IMG/VR virus record: IMGVR_UViG_3300042290_000327
Coordinates: 1 to 64,000 of that record
Length of the DNA stretch: 64,000 nt
Origin: a virus
Reading direction: 5' to 3' (one strand)
Shown here: positions 23,375 through 33,254 of the stretch, one piece after another
Layout of the letters: each line of letters opens with the position of its first letter
Position numbering within the stretch: the stretch's first letter is position 1
Translations under genes and position numbers: made by a program
Notes under the pieces: model-generated
What the model was told of the DNA's origin: nothing
The model's database searches: none
Seen by the model: only the letters and a program-made list of their open reading frames with translations

Positions 23375-23447
23375 GCGGTAATAGCTCAGTTGGTAGAGCA
23401 CGTTCCTTCCAAGTACGGGGTCGCAGGTTCGAATCCTGTTTACCGCT
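23375..23447 (+). tRNA. tRNA-Gly(TCC)
   Basis: CGTTC-CTTCCAA-GTACG. Confidence 0.92.
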
Positions 23448-23448
23448 C

Positions 23449-23745
23449 AAAAGTAATGTGGCTGAATAAAGGGTTAAGAGTCCTTAAGGCACTGGTCGAT
23501 CTGCTGAAAAGCAGTGAGGTTGGGTCATACAGACATATGAGTTAAAACCACTCAAACTATAGGGTAGAATGCGCAACCCGGTAGTCAATGAGGTCCCGCC
23601 AAGTGAGATAATTATGATCTTTGCAACGGGTGCTGGTAGTCAAGCCAGCTGGTCATTACAGCAGAACTAGCTACTCTGTTGGACCATGGGTGAAAAGGGG
23701 TATGTCCAGGACGTGTAGGTAGTCAGGAATCCTATCATTATTTTT
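23449..23745 (+). ncRNA. candidate ~300-nt structured ncRNA
   Basis: ends pair (AAAAGTAATG/CATTATTTTT), many internal hairpins, flanked by tRNAs. Confidence 0.45.
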
Positions 23746-23751
23746 TTTTAA

Positions 23752-23823
23752 GCTCATGTGGCGCAGTGGTAGCGCAGTAGACTGTTAATCTATTGGTCGT
23801 TGGTTCGAATCCATCCATGAGCG
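23752..23823 (+). tRNA. tRNA-Asn(GTT)
   Basis: GTAGA-CTGTTAA-TCTAT. Confidence 0.93.
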
Positions 23824-23828
23824 CTTAA

Positions 23829-23845
23829 TTTACCAGTATGTCAAA
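23829..23845 (+). repeat. trailer strand complementary to both boxA-like leaders
   Basis: TTTACCAGTATGTCAAA is the exact reverse complement of 16816-16832 and 20229-20245. Confidence 0.85.
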
Positions 23846-23848
23846 AAT

Positions 23849-23922
23849 GGGCCTGTAGCTCAGTCGGTTAGAGCGAGGGACTCATAATCCCCAGGTCCCA
23901 GGTTCGAGCCCTGGCAGGCCCA
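23849..23922 (+). tRNA. tRNA-Ile2(CAT) (probable lysidine tRNA)
   Basis: GGGCCTG acceptor, GGGA-CTCATAA-TCCC; third CAT tRNA. Confidence 0.85.
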
Positions 23923-24006
23923 CACTTAAACTAAACATAAACTTAAGTTAAACTTGATAAGAGAGTTTAATTCTATCTTATAATAAGATTAATTAACTTA
24001 ACGATT

Positions 24007-25515
24007 ATGAAAAAACTAGCGTTACTATTTGGGTTTATTTCAACAACCCTACTTGCACAAACTTCATTTTGGACTCCTACAGTATATAGAGGAGCATTTG
24101 AACCAGCTCCGGCCCCGATGTGGACTGACAGCTGGACTAACTGGGACCCGCAGTATACAATCTATCCAACTCCTACTGATGTAGTATCGGATTCAATTAC
24201 TTCAAATACTACTTGGACTAACAACAAGACTTATTTAGTTCAAGGCCCACTCTACGTAAAAGCTAATCTTACTATCCAGCCAGGTACTGTAGTTTTATTT
24301 GATAAGACAGCAGCCGGTTCTGCTTTGATTGTAACCAATAAGGGTAGACTATTTGCAGACGGACAAGAGAACAGCCCAATCATATTTGCTTCAAATGCCA
24401 TCCCGGGTCAAAGATCAATCGGGGACTGGGGAGGAATTGTACTATTAGGTGAGGCTAAAAATAATCTGCCAGCTAACACTGCTTCAGGTACTCCTGCAGG
24501 TATTGGTTATATTGAAGGTTTACCTACATCCAAAAATACTCAATACGGAGGCAACAACGATGAAGACACCTCAGGAGTTCTAAGGTATATCAGGATTGAA
24601 TTTGCCGGGTATGCTTACCAGCCTGATAAGGAAATCAATGGTATAACATTTGGTTCAGTGGGTAGAGGTACTCTAGTAGATTACGTTCAAGTATCGTTTG
24701 CTAATGATGATGCCTTTGAATGGTTTGGAGGTACTATAAATTGCAAGCACTTGGTTTCATACCGCAACCTGGACGACGACATGGATTGCGATTTTGGCTA
24801 CAGAGGTAAAGTTCAATTTGCTTTAATTGTTAGAGATCCTTTTATTGCTGACCAGTCATCAGGTTCAACCTCAGAAGGATTTGAATGTGATAATGACGGC
24901 TCCGGCTCTAACAACGGACCTAAGACAGCTGCTACATTCTCTAACGTAACTGCTATCGGTCCACTAAGAGGTGACCTACAAGCTACAGTCGATCCTAAGT
25001 TTAGAAGAGCTTTAAGACTCCGCCGGAACAGTGAAATGAAAATCTTCAACTCAGTCTTTATAGACTTTAAAGATGGTATTCATATTGACGGAACTTCCAC
25101 AGAAACAAATGCACTACAGAGTAGGTTAGTGTTCCAAAATAATCTGATTGCTGGCTGCAGCGGTAAATTTATCCTCAGAGGCACTAATCCTTCTTTTGAT
25201 GCCGGTGCCTGGTATTTTACTTCTAATGATACTCTAGCAGTTTCTACTGGATTATTTACCACTCCCTACAGCTACCTACAGCCTGACTATCGTCCATCAG
25301 CTACTAGCGGACTAGACACAGGAGCAAGCTTCACCGACACAAACTTGATCGGTAACACTATCTCAGTTAACGAAGAGCAGTTAGATGTTACTTATGAGAT
25401 TTATGATTGGTACGGTAACTTAGTCTATATTGGGAAACATATACCCTACGACAGACTTAAAGGATTATATGTAATCAAATATAGTGCCAAGCTAGAAAAA
25501 GTATTTGTATACTAA
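24007..25515 (+). CDS. secreted beta-helix-like surface protein of Bacteroidota type
   Basis: signal peptide; GDWGGIVLLG, SGVLRYIRIEFAG, DDAFEWFGG motifs; short CTD-like tail. Confidence 0.7.
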   Translation: MKKLALLFGFISTTLLAQTSFWTPTVYRGAFEPAPAPMWTDSWTNWDPQYTIYPTPTDVVSDSITSNTTWTNNKTYLVQGPLYVKANLTIQPGTVVLFDKTAAGSALIVTNKGRLFADGQENSPIIFASNAIPGQRSIGDWGGIVLLGEAKNNLPANTASGTPAGIGYIEGLPTSKNTQYGGNNDEDTSGVLRYIRIEFAGYAYQPDKEINGITFGSVGRGTLVDYVQVSFANDDAFEWFGGTINCKHLVSYRNLDDDMDCDFGYRGKVQFALIVRDPFIADQSSGSTSEGFECDNDGSGSNNGPKTAATFSNVTAIGPLRGDLQATVDPKFRRALRLRRNSEMKIFNSVFIDFKDGIHIDGTSTETNALQSRLVFQNNLIAGCSGKFILRGTNPSFDAGAWYFTSNDTLAVSTGLFTTPYSYLQPDYRPSATSGLDTGASFTDTNLIGNTISVNEEQLDVTYEIYDWYGNLVYIGKHIPYDRLKGLYVIKYSAKLEKVFVY

Positions 25516-25550
25516 GTTGGGGGACTAAAAGGCTCTTCGTATCTTTAGGT

Positions 25551-26054
25551 ATGGAAGATATGTGCCCGTTTAAGCCCGTTCACTCGGTGGAGTGGCTGGA
25601 GAACTACTTTGCCGAGAACTGCTTTAAGAAGCCCTACGACCGCTTTATGTGGTGGAGGGGATACGTTACTAAGAAGAAGCCTTTGTTCGCTCATGCTCAC
25701 CTCAAGGATAAAGTAATGAACGGGGACTACGACTTACCTCATTACGGGTACGAGGCCGAGCTTGTGGAGCATAAGCTACGTCATGCCTACTTGACTAGGA
25801 ATGATATTACCGGGTTTAACGAAGCTCAGGGTCTGAATATGTCCCGGCGCAAGCGACTGCTTGAAGATCAGATCAAAGAAGATACCAAGCGCCTGGAAGG
25901 ACTTTATAAGGATTGTAAAAAGAACTACGACCTGACTAAGGAGCAGGTCCAGGATGAGATAATGAATCTTGACGGCGATAGTGTTAAGGATCTTTATTTG
26001 ATGCTAGAAAAAAAATACGGAAAAAAAACTGTTGCCGTTCCTAAATTTAAATAG
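25551..26054 (+). CDS. hypothetical protein
   Basis: ORF directly after promoter 25516. Confidence 0.75.
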   Translation: MEDMCPFKPVHSVEWLENYFAENCFKKPYDRFMWWRGYVTKKKPLFAHAHLKDKVMNGDYDLPHYGYEAELVEHKLRHAYLTRNDITGFNEAQGLNMSRRKRLLEDQIKEDTKRLEGLYKDCKKNYDLTKEQVQDEIMNLDGDSVKDLYLMLEKKYGKKTVAVPKFK

Positions 26055-26104
26055 AGGAAAAGTAAATCCGTATATATTTATATAAAATAAAAAAAGTAAA
26101 AATT

Positions 26105-26407
26105 ATGTTAAAGCGTTTTTGGAATTGGTTATTAGGTAAGACTACTGTTGATGAAAAGATTGTTGAGAAAGTTCATCAGATCAAAGTAAGAGCAGAAAGG
26201 ATTGAAAAAGAGATTGAAGATGTAGTTGTTGCTGTAAAAGAAGTAGGTAAGCAAGCCTCCGATGTCGCTAAAGCTGTGAAGGGCTCACCGAGCCGCACTC
26301 GCAAGCCAGCAGCAAAAAAAAATGCTCCTGCACCGACTGCAACTGCAGTTGAAGCTACTCCTGCTGCCAAGAGAACAGCCTCCAACGGCCGCAAATCTAG
26401 CAAGTAG
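26105..26407 (+). CDS. hypothetical protein with Lys/Ala/Pro-rich tail
   Basis: ORF; histone-like basic C-terminus. Confidence 0.7.
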   Translation: MLKRFWNWLLGKTTVDEKIVEKVHQIKVRAERIEKEIEDVVVAVKEVGKQASDVAKAVKGSPSRTRKPAAKKNAPAPTATAVEATPAAKRTASNGRKSSK

Positions 26408-26649
26408 TGAATCCTAACTTGAACGTAAGCCTAGATCAGACCCTCCCTGTTGAGTGTGAGGAGTGCGGAGGGCTTTACTTTGAACAGGCTCTCCACATCC
26501 GAAAGGTATCAGGCCTCTTAACGGGGACTGGACAGACCTCATACCTTCCGATTCCGGTCTTTGCGTGTAAGGCATGCGGACACGTTAACACGGAATTTTT
26601 ACCCAAAGAGTTAAAAGATTTGCCGGGTGATCAAGACAGTACAAATTAG
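26407..26649 (+). CDS. zinc-ribbon protein
   Basis: CEEC...CKAC. Confidence 0.7.
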   Translation: MNPNLNVSLDQTLPVECEECGGLYFEQALHIRKVSGLLTGTGQTSYLPIPVFACKACGHVNTEFLPKELKDLPGDQDSTN

Positions 26650-26753
26650 AGTTCAGTTCAACGAACCGATCTGGATGTATGACGGACTTCAGGAGTCTAT
26701 CTACGATGATTTTACGGACGAAGAAGAGTAACTAAAAAGGTAACTTTTCTTTA

Positions 26754-26778
26754 GGGAGGGACTTCAGGTCCCTTTTCC
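26754..26778 (+). terminator. intrinsic terminator
   Basis: GGGAGGGAC-TTCAG-GTCCCTTTT. Confidence 0.6.
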
Positions 26779-26849
26779 TGTTTCTATTTATTAAGGAATT
26801 GTTATTAGTAATTGTTGTTTAGAAGACAAAATATAATTAATAACTTTCT

Positions 26850-28784
26850 ATGAAAAGAATTTTTGTAGCCCTCGCTATACTAATAGGAGCAACAGCCCAA
26901 GCCCAGAACGGTGCCAACGAAATACTGCCAGCCCCTAACTCCGCCACCCCTTTTATATTGGTTGATACTCTGTTTACTCTGAGTAACTATCCAGCCACTT
27001 ACACTGACGTGTACATCCACTTTGCCAACCCGACTGCAAGTCCGGTTAAAGCTGTTCAGTTTAGGTTATACTACGACAATACTAAATTCTCTGGAGCGAC
27101 GATGTTCTGGGGTCCAACAGCACAGCCCATCGCCGATAAGTACGGATCTTACTTCGATGTAAATGCTAGCGGGTATCTCAACATAGTAGCGACCTACACC
27201 GGTACCAATACTACTTACGACTGGAATGACGGTGCGATGTTTAAATTAAGACTTACTCACGGTGCAAACTACAAAGGAGTTGTTACTCCTGTAGTCACTA
27301 CCGGAGCCGGATCCTACACCAGTCTAGCCACAGTAGGCAACGGAACGGACGTAGCTCTTACCTTATTTAACTACGGAGGAGCATTCCAAATGACACCTCT
27401 AACCTTCCCTATCAGGGTTAAGAACCCAGATCTATCTCCTGCACAGGGTGTTTGGTTTTCAGCAGCAAAGAGACTTAAGTCAACTCCTCAAGCTACTTGG
27501 CAGTCTATCGCTTCTGATTCCACCAACGGAAGCGGTTTAGTACAGTTCACCCATCCTCTTGATACCAACTACTGGCATCTTAAGATTGCCTCTCGTACTG
27601 ATACGATGTCAGACGGAGGTGCTATCTCTATAACCGATGCTTACAAATTAGCCAACCACGTCACCGGTCAAGATACTCTTGCAGGTACCGAGTGGTATGC
27701 TGGTGATATCAATGAATCAGGAACGGTAACCATCTCTGACGGCTTCTCAGTATTCAGTAGACTGGCTCTACAGAGCACTACCTGGAGCGGATTGTTTACA
27801 GGAGTCAATAACGTTGCAATGCAATGGCCTAATGGTTTTGCAACAGCTCAATCAGCAGTAGCAGCTCCCAACTGGAGTACCAATCCTAGAATGTACAGCA
27901 TCGATACAATCGTTAACAGACTAGACTCAATCAACCCTTACATTTATGTGATCGGTGATGCTACTACAACCGGGTATAACAACCCCGCCACCATCCTTGC
28001 CAAGAAAGACCCAACCGGTGATGGAACTACCCAGTACATCTTAGACCCAGGAGTCTATCTTTCAAACAAGTTAGACACAGTTCAGTTTAGGTTCCCTAAG
28101 TTAGTACTATCGACTGACAACTTCGTTGACGTACCGGTTACCATGTACACCTTCGGCAATAAGATCGGAGCAGCTCAGATGGGCTTTGAATACGACACCA
28201 ACATCTTCGAATTTACTTCCATAGAAGCAGGACCAGTAGCTGCTAAATGGACTAGCCTGATCAGTGTTGAGAAGGGAAGAGTGTTCTGGGCCGGTCACGA
28301 AGACAAGCTGAACCCAGGAGTGCTAGAGGCGATGAGTAATGCTTTCACTTTCAGATTCAGAGTTAAATCAATCCTAGGATGGACTTCTACTCCGATCAGA
28401 ATCTTTGATAAGGCAGCTGGTAACGAAAAAGCAGTTGACCTATCGGTTAAGCCTTCTCCTAACGATGGATCGATCATCAACGGAAGAGCTGCTCTAGACC
28501 CTGCCACATTGGAGAAGATATACGGCTTCTATGTCTACCCTAACCCGATCACAGAACTTACCAACGGATGGGCTATAGCTGAATTCTACACCGAAGACAA
28601 GCAGCCCCTCACCATAGTAGTTGCTAACATGCAGGGACAGATTCTAAAAGCTGAAAAAATAGAAGAGACTGATTTAGGTTTCCAAGTCAAAGGAATCTAT
28701 ATGGGTGACCTACCCAGAGGAACTTACTTCGTAAGAATGGTTATGAACGATAGAGATAAAGTTTACAAAATAATTAAATACTAA
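26850..28784 (+). CDS. secreted cohesin/dockerin-like protein with T9SS type A CTD
   Basis: signal peptide; GDINESGTVTISD EF-hand-like; YVYPNP...GTYFVRM...KIIK. Confidence 0.75.
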   Translation: MKRIFVALAILIGATAQAQNGANEILPAPNSATPFILVDTLFTLSNYPATYTDVYIHFANPTASPVKAVQFRLYYDNTKFSGATMFWGPTAQPIADKYGSYFDVNASGYLNIVATYTGTNTTYDWNDGAMFKLRLTHGANYKGVVTPVVTTGAGSYTSLATVGNGTDVALTLFNYGGAFQMTPLTFPIRVKNPDLSPAQGVWFSAAKRLKSTPQATWQSIASDSTNGSGLVQFTHPLDTNYWHLKIASRTDTMSDGGAISITDAYKLANHVTGQDTLAGTEWYAGDINESGTVTISDGFSVFSRLALQSTTWSGLFTGVNNVAMQWPNGFATAQSAVAAPNWSTNPRMYSIDTIVNRLDSINPYIYVIGDATTTGYNNPATILAKKDPTGDGTTQYILDPGVYLSNKLDTVQFRFPKLVLSTDNFVDVPVTMYTFGNKIGAAQMGFEYDTNIFEFTSIEAGPVAAKWTSLISVEKGRVFWAGHEDKLNPGVLEAMSNAFTFRFRVKSILGWTSTPIRIFDKAAGNEKAVDLSVKPSPNDGSIINGRAALDPATLEKIYGFYVYPNPITELTNGWAIAEFYTEDKQPLTIVVANMQGQILKAEKIEETDLGFQVKGIYMGDLPRGTYFVRMVMNDRDKVYKIIKY

Positions 28785-28790
28785 AATGTC

Positions 28791-29183
28791 ATGAGTGAAG
28801 AGCAAGAAGGCGGAATGTCCGGAGTAAAGAAAACAATCCTAGGAGTCCTAGGAACAGCCGTTACCGGGATAGGTATCTGGGCTTCCACCCAGGTCAATAC
28901 CATCCTAGGTATAGAAGATGAAGGAGCAGCTACTGAACAGGTAGCTCCTGTAGAGCAGTCTAACAATCAGAGCGTTAACGTCTCCGGTCCTGCTATTACT
29001 ATTAATGTACCTGATCAGCAGCCTGCCAGAACCAATACTGTCATCAGAGAGACTGTTAGAGAGGTACCTGCTGCCCAGCCAGCTCCAGCTGCAGCTCCTG
29101 CAGAAGAGAAGAAAGAAACTCCTCAAGAGAGAATGGCTCGTCTTAAACAGAAGAAGGCTGACCAGGCCGGCGGTACGGAATGA
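28791..29183 (+). CDS. single-TM membrane protein
   Basis: N-terminal TM, Pro/Ala-rich linker. Confidence 0.7.
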   Translation: MSEEQEGGMSGVKKTILGVLGTAVTGIGIWASTQVNTILGIEDEGAATEQVAPVEQSNNQSVNVSGPAITINVPDQQPARTNTVIRETVREVPAAQPAPAAAPAEEKKETPQERMARLKQKKADQAGGTE

Positions 29184-29920
29184 GAACTAGGAAGGACGAA
29201 ATCCTTGAGAGCATTTTTGCTCCCGCAGGAATACTACTTGTAATCGCATCCTTGATGTTTGTCGGGACTATGGCTACGTCTTGCAAATCCTCGATTGGGG
29301 TGCAGCAGTACCAGGCCGAGTTTGAGAAAGCAGAACCTTTAAACTCTCTGCCAGCTTTTGCAGGTGAGAGACAGATCGTTCAGCTATCTAAGCTTAATGT
29401 CAATAAGGAGTTATGGGATATGTTTCCTGAGCTTAGAGACAAGAGAGTAGGGATGGGAGTATCAAATAGAATAATTGAGAACTTCGAACAGACAGGTCGC
29501 TTTAGCTACGCCGAAGAGAAAGAAGCAATACAGACTCAGATGCTAGATGCGTGGGAGACTGAATTAAATGGACTTAGCGATGGTAAAACTAAGCTTTCAA
29601 TGGAAGGTATAGCTTTGCCGAAATACATCGTCTATGCTGAAATTTATGACTTCTCTGTATCTTATGCCGAAACATACGATAAGGGAAAGACTAATAAGAC
29701 TAACACCACCATCGTTGGTATTCAGATCAGGATGGTGAACGTTGATAACTCCCAGTACATAGTTGCTTCAGGCCAAGGAACTTCAACTCAGGTAGGAGAA
29801 GGATTCTTTAAGAACCCTCAGATGGGCTTTGACGGTTCAACAGTAGGTGTTGCTACACAACGTGCGCTAGAGGTTGCGACAGTAAACCTTGTCAAGCGGA
29901 TGGAAACTTATGGATGGTAG
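29180..29920 (+). CDS. CsgG/TolB-N-like lipoprotein
   Basis: lipobox ATSC; GRF..E, IRMVNVDNSQYI.ASGQG pattern. Confidence 0.6.
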   Translation: MRTRKDEILESIFAPAGILLVIASLMFVGTMATSCKSSIGVQQYQAEFEKAEPLNSLPAFAGERQIVQLSKLNVNKELWDMFPELRDKRVGMGVSNRIIENFEQTGRFSYAEEKEAIQTQMLDAWETELNGLSDGKTKLSMEGIALPKYIVYAEIYDFSVSYAETYDKGKTNKTNTTIVGIQIRMVNVDNSQYIVASGQGTSTQVGEGFFKNPQMGFDGSTVGVATQRALEVATVNLVKRMETYGW

Positions 29921-31457
29921 ATGGAGAATAGTCTTAATTTTTCTTCTTACAGGGTTTAAAGGGTTTAGTCAGTATATTTACAACTACACCGACCCGTGTA
30001 CGGGGACGTTAAACTCTATTACTATCTCACAGCCCTCCGGGTCGGTGACTCTTTTTTATGCCGGGCAATATCAGACCTTCACAGCTACCCAGTTACAGTC
30101 TGGAGCCTTCGAGTTATGGGTACAGGGCATTAATGCAGCTGCTCCTGTTGGAAGCAACCCCTGCGCTGGAAATGGGGGTTCTATCGCAACTGGATCAAAT
30201 GCTGCTATTGGAACTAATACGGTCAATAACGTATCAGGCATAGTCGGTATTGCAGCCAACATTGGCGGGAGTATAGGATCTTCCTCTATCCCGGGTGGAG
30301 GCATGGCCGGAAGCGGTAACTCTAATTCTAATTCAAATGACAATGGTACGAATTCTTCTGGTAGCGGTTCTAGTGGTTCTGGGAATGGTGGTGGTGGTGC
30401 TGGGACTGGCTCCGGTGGTTCCGGATCAGGCTCTACAGGTAGCGGAGGGAGCACTGGGGGGAGTGGCGGTAGCGGTAGTACTGGTGGCGGTGGCTCTAGC
30501 TCGGGTTCTGGGGGAGGTTCCGGAGGAGGTTCAGGAACTGGAGGCTCTGGTTCTTCAGGCGGCTCAGGCTCAGGCGGTTCGGGATCGGGTGGTTCAGGAT
30601 CAGGTCAACCTTCCTCCGGTCAGGGTGAAGGCGGCGGAGGATCTATTCCATCTTCGGGCGGAGGCGGCTCAACAGAAGGCGGTGGTGCAGATGCAGGAGC
30701 AGTCGGAGGCCAGGAAAATACAACCTCAGCATCGGGTGGTGAATCCGAAAGTTCATCCAGTGGTGGTGGAGGCGGTAAAGGAGGTGGCGGTGGCCAAAAA
30801 CAAAAAAGCAGGCAAGAAAAAGTAGGCAGAGGAGCTCTCATAGGTTCCGGTGACTTTGTCGCTATCAGGAACTCCGGCAACATCAGGGACACAGGTCAAG
30901 ATAATTTTAGGTTCAACTCCTCTATCACCCATGTCAATACCAAGCAAAACTTTATCAAAGGAGTTAATCTGAATTACACTACCGGTGAGAATGTCCTGAA
31001 TACTACTCTATACGGTTCTTACAAACATAAAGGGTTTATGGGGGTATTCTCTAATTCGGTGATGAGTAACTTTAAGACCGATTGGTTCAATACAGTCACT
31101 GCTCTAACAGCTCAAAAGGCAGGTCCTGTAACGATGATGGCAGGGACTAACTTTACGGCCGGGCAGCTGGGGAAGAGCTGGTTCCAGAACTGGTCTTTGA
31201 TCGGAGGAGGGTTCACTAACTTTAAAGGAGGTAGGACGGTAAGCGGGAACTTAATGATGCTGGGGGTTTACTCTCCTTACATCTTTTACTACCAAGGCCA
31301 GTGGTACAGTTCAGGGATGCTGCTGGTACCTCTTGCTAACATAGACTTTAAACTAACAGATAAATTTAAATGGAGTATATCTTTCTCTGGTGCCTATCAG
31401 TGGAATGCAGAAATACTTAACTACCAGATATCAACAGGAACAAAAATGTTATTATGA
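29910..31457 (+). CDS. secreted protein with long Gly/Ser linker and beta-barrel-like C-terminus
   Basis: signal peptide, ~170-aa G/S-rich tract, amphipathic beta strands. Confidence 0.7.
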   Translation: MDGRWRIVLIFLLTGFKGFSQYIYNYTDPCTGTLNSITISQPSGSVTLFYAGQYQTFTATQLQSGAFELWVQGINAAAPVGSNPCAGNGGSIATGSNAAIGTNTVNNVSGIVGIAANIGGSIGSSSIPGGGMAGSGNSNSNSNDNGTNSSGSGSSGSGNGGGGAGTGSGGSGSGSTGSGGSTGGSGGSGSTGGGGSSSGSGGGSGGGSGTGGSGSSGGSGSGGSGSGGSGSGQPSSGQGEGGGGSIPSSGGGGSTEGGGADAGAVGGQENTTSASGGESESSSSGGGGGKGGGGGQKQKSRQEKVGRGALIGSGDFVAIRNSGNIRDTGQDNFRFNSSITHVNTKQNFIKGVNLNYTTGENVLNTTLYGSYKHKGFMGVFSNSVMSNFKTDWFNTVTALTAQKAGPVTMMAGTNFTAGQLGKSWFQNWSLIGGGFTNFKGGRTVSGNLMMLGVYSPYIFYYQGQWYSSGMLLVPLANIDFKLTDKFKWSISFSGAYQWNAEILNYQISTGTKMLL

Positions 31458-32266
31458 AAAACTTAGTACTACTAGCTCTACTACCTTTAAACATATTAGC
31501 TCAGACTTCCGAGAATACTCAGACTATATCCGATGTTACTTCAATACAGTATATTGATTTTGACAACGATGTTATGAGTAGCTCCAACGTATCGGTTGGG
31601 TACCTAGGTGATATGAGGATATTGAGTTACAACCTAACCTATGAATGGGGTAAAGAGAATGTAACAAATGGAATATTTGCATCCAATACTCCTTTCTTCA
31701 AGTACACCAAAGTAGGGTACAGTCATAGTAGGTCTAAAACTCTTAAGAATATAGATAGAACAACCTCATACGGAATGACGGTATCAGCATTTGCCGATCA
31801 TTCGGCTGTAGCAATAAGCCCTTATTTTAATCAGATTTACGAGTTTAGAAATAATACCAAACTTGGATACACTCTCTTTATCAGAGACAATACTCACGAT
31901 GATTTTTATTTGTTTGAGCAATTTTATCCTGCTGCATCCTATACAAAATACAGTGGGATGCTCATAGCAATGAAAGAATTTGAATATAAGAGATTTGTAT
32001 TAGGACCCGAATTATTCTTACTATCTTCTATAAGAACACACTATTTTAATTTAGATGACTTTGAAGGCGCATTAGATATTTGGTACTGGGATAATTTCAA
32101 CCTTAGTGCATACTACGGCTCTTCAGTAAAATATAAACTGACTGACAAATTTATGTTCGGGACTAAACTTAGAAGCTGCTACACCTACTCTCCTTCAGAT
32201 AAAACTATTGGGTTTCGTAAGGCAACTCCCTATATACTTTCAATAGGTTGTAATTATGATTTTTAA
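31454..32266 (+). CDS. outer-membrane beta-barrel-like protein
   Basis: signal peptide, Tyr/Phe alternation, C-terminal YDF. Confidence 0.6.
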   Translation: MKNLVLLALLPLNILAQTSENTQTISDVTSIQYIDFDNDVMSSSNVSVGYLGDMRILSYNLTYEWGKENVTNGIFASNTPFFKYTKVGYSHSRSKTLKNIDRTTSYGMTVSAFADHSAVAISPYFNQIYEFRNNTKLGYTLFIRDNTHDDFYLFEQFYPAASYTKYSGMLIAMKEFEYKRFVLGPELFLLSSIRTHYFNLDDFEGALDIWYWDNFNLSAYYGSSVKYKLTDKFMFGTKLRSCYTYSPSDKTIGFRKATPYILSIGCNYDF

Positions 32267-33245
32267 ATTGAAAATACTACTCCTACTGATTCTACCTCTA
32301 TCTCTGATAGGGCAAACATTTACCCACTCAGGTACTATCAGAACTGATGCAGGAGCCGGAATACCAGGAGTAACAGTCAAACTTTACAAGAGAGTTACAC
32401 CTACTATTACAGGATTTACAAATCAGCAGAATTACAACGGCCACTCCTACTATAGGTCAACAGGTTCAGCATTTTGGTTAACAGCCAAAGCTGCTTGTGA
32501 GAATATGGGTGGACACCTAGTAACAGTAACTTCGGCAGCTGAAAATAGCTTTATTTTTAATCTATGGCCATCCGGCTGGATTGGACTAACAGACGAAGTA
32601 ACGGAAGGACAATGGAGATGGGTAACAGGAGAACCTTATTCATATTCTTCTTGGAATCCTGGAGAGCCAAACAACGCAGGTAATGAAGACTACGTTCAGT
32701 TTGTTGGTAGTGGTAGATGGAATGACCTACCAAACAACCAGAGTTTACCTTACGTACTAGAGTTTGAATACATAGTTACAACAACAGCCTGGGCTGTGGA
32801 TGCAACATCAATCACAAATGCTAATGGACAATACTCTTTCAGCCGCCCAACCAATCCTTCAGTGGAATGGTACATTGAAGTAGTAGTGCCTACAGTCTCT
32901 TCTAATTTATCTACCGCAGACTTTGATGGACCCGGTGATGTGGTGTTAGGAAAGACAGCATTAAAGCCTTTCCATTACCATAAGTACGATTTGAATAATG
33001 ACAGCAAGCTCACAGTAGGAGATATTTGTTGGATAGCAGATGTAATAAACGGAGCACCTTTTATAAAAAATACTCTACTCTTTACAAACTCACAATGGAC
33101 TAGCTTGAACACAGGGACGGCTGATCTCAGAAGCACCATCCCAGGTACCACCGGTGCATTTACCTTCACACCAACCTCAGGAGGAACAAACAACTTCTAT
33201 TTATTATCATCTGGATATTACAACCAAGCTACCCTCCAATACTAA
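32256..33245 (+). CDS. secreted C-type lectin domain protein
   Basis: AKAACENMGGHLVTV, WIGLTD, WNPGEPNN, WND; dockerin-like DLNNDSKLTVGD. Confidence 0.85.
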   Translation: MIFKLKILLLLILPLSLIGQTFTHSGTIRTDAGAGIPGVTVKLYKRVTPTITGFTNQQNYNGHSYYRSTGSAFWLTAKAACENMGGHLVTVTSAAENSFIFNLWPSGWIGLTDEVTEGQWRWVTGEPYSYSSWNPGEPNNAGNEDYVQFVGSGRWNDLPNNQSLPYVLEFEYIVTTTAWAVDATSITNANGQYSFSRPTNPSVEWYIEVVVPTVSSNLSTADFDGPGDVVLGKTALKPFHYHKYDLNNDSKLTVGDICWIADVINGAPFIKNTLLFTNSQWTSLNTGTADLRSTIPGTTGAFTFTPTSGGTNNFYLLSSGYYNQATLQY

Positions 33246-33254
33246 TTTACTATT

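Noticed and set aside
23449-23745. tmRNA
   Set aside because: No GGGG 5' end with G3-U70 acceptor, no T arm/CCA end and no tag reading frame.
30300-30795. GGN/TCN low-complexity tract as a DNA repeat or overlapping genes
   Set aside because: Explained by the Gly/Ser linker of ORF 29910-31457; alternative-frame ORFs are by-products.
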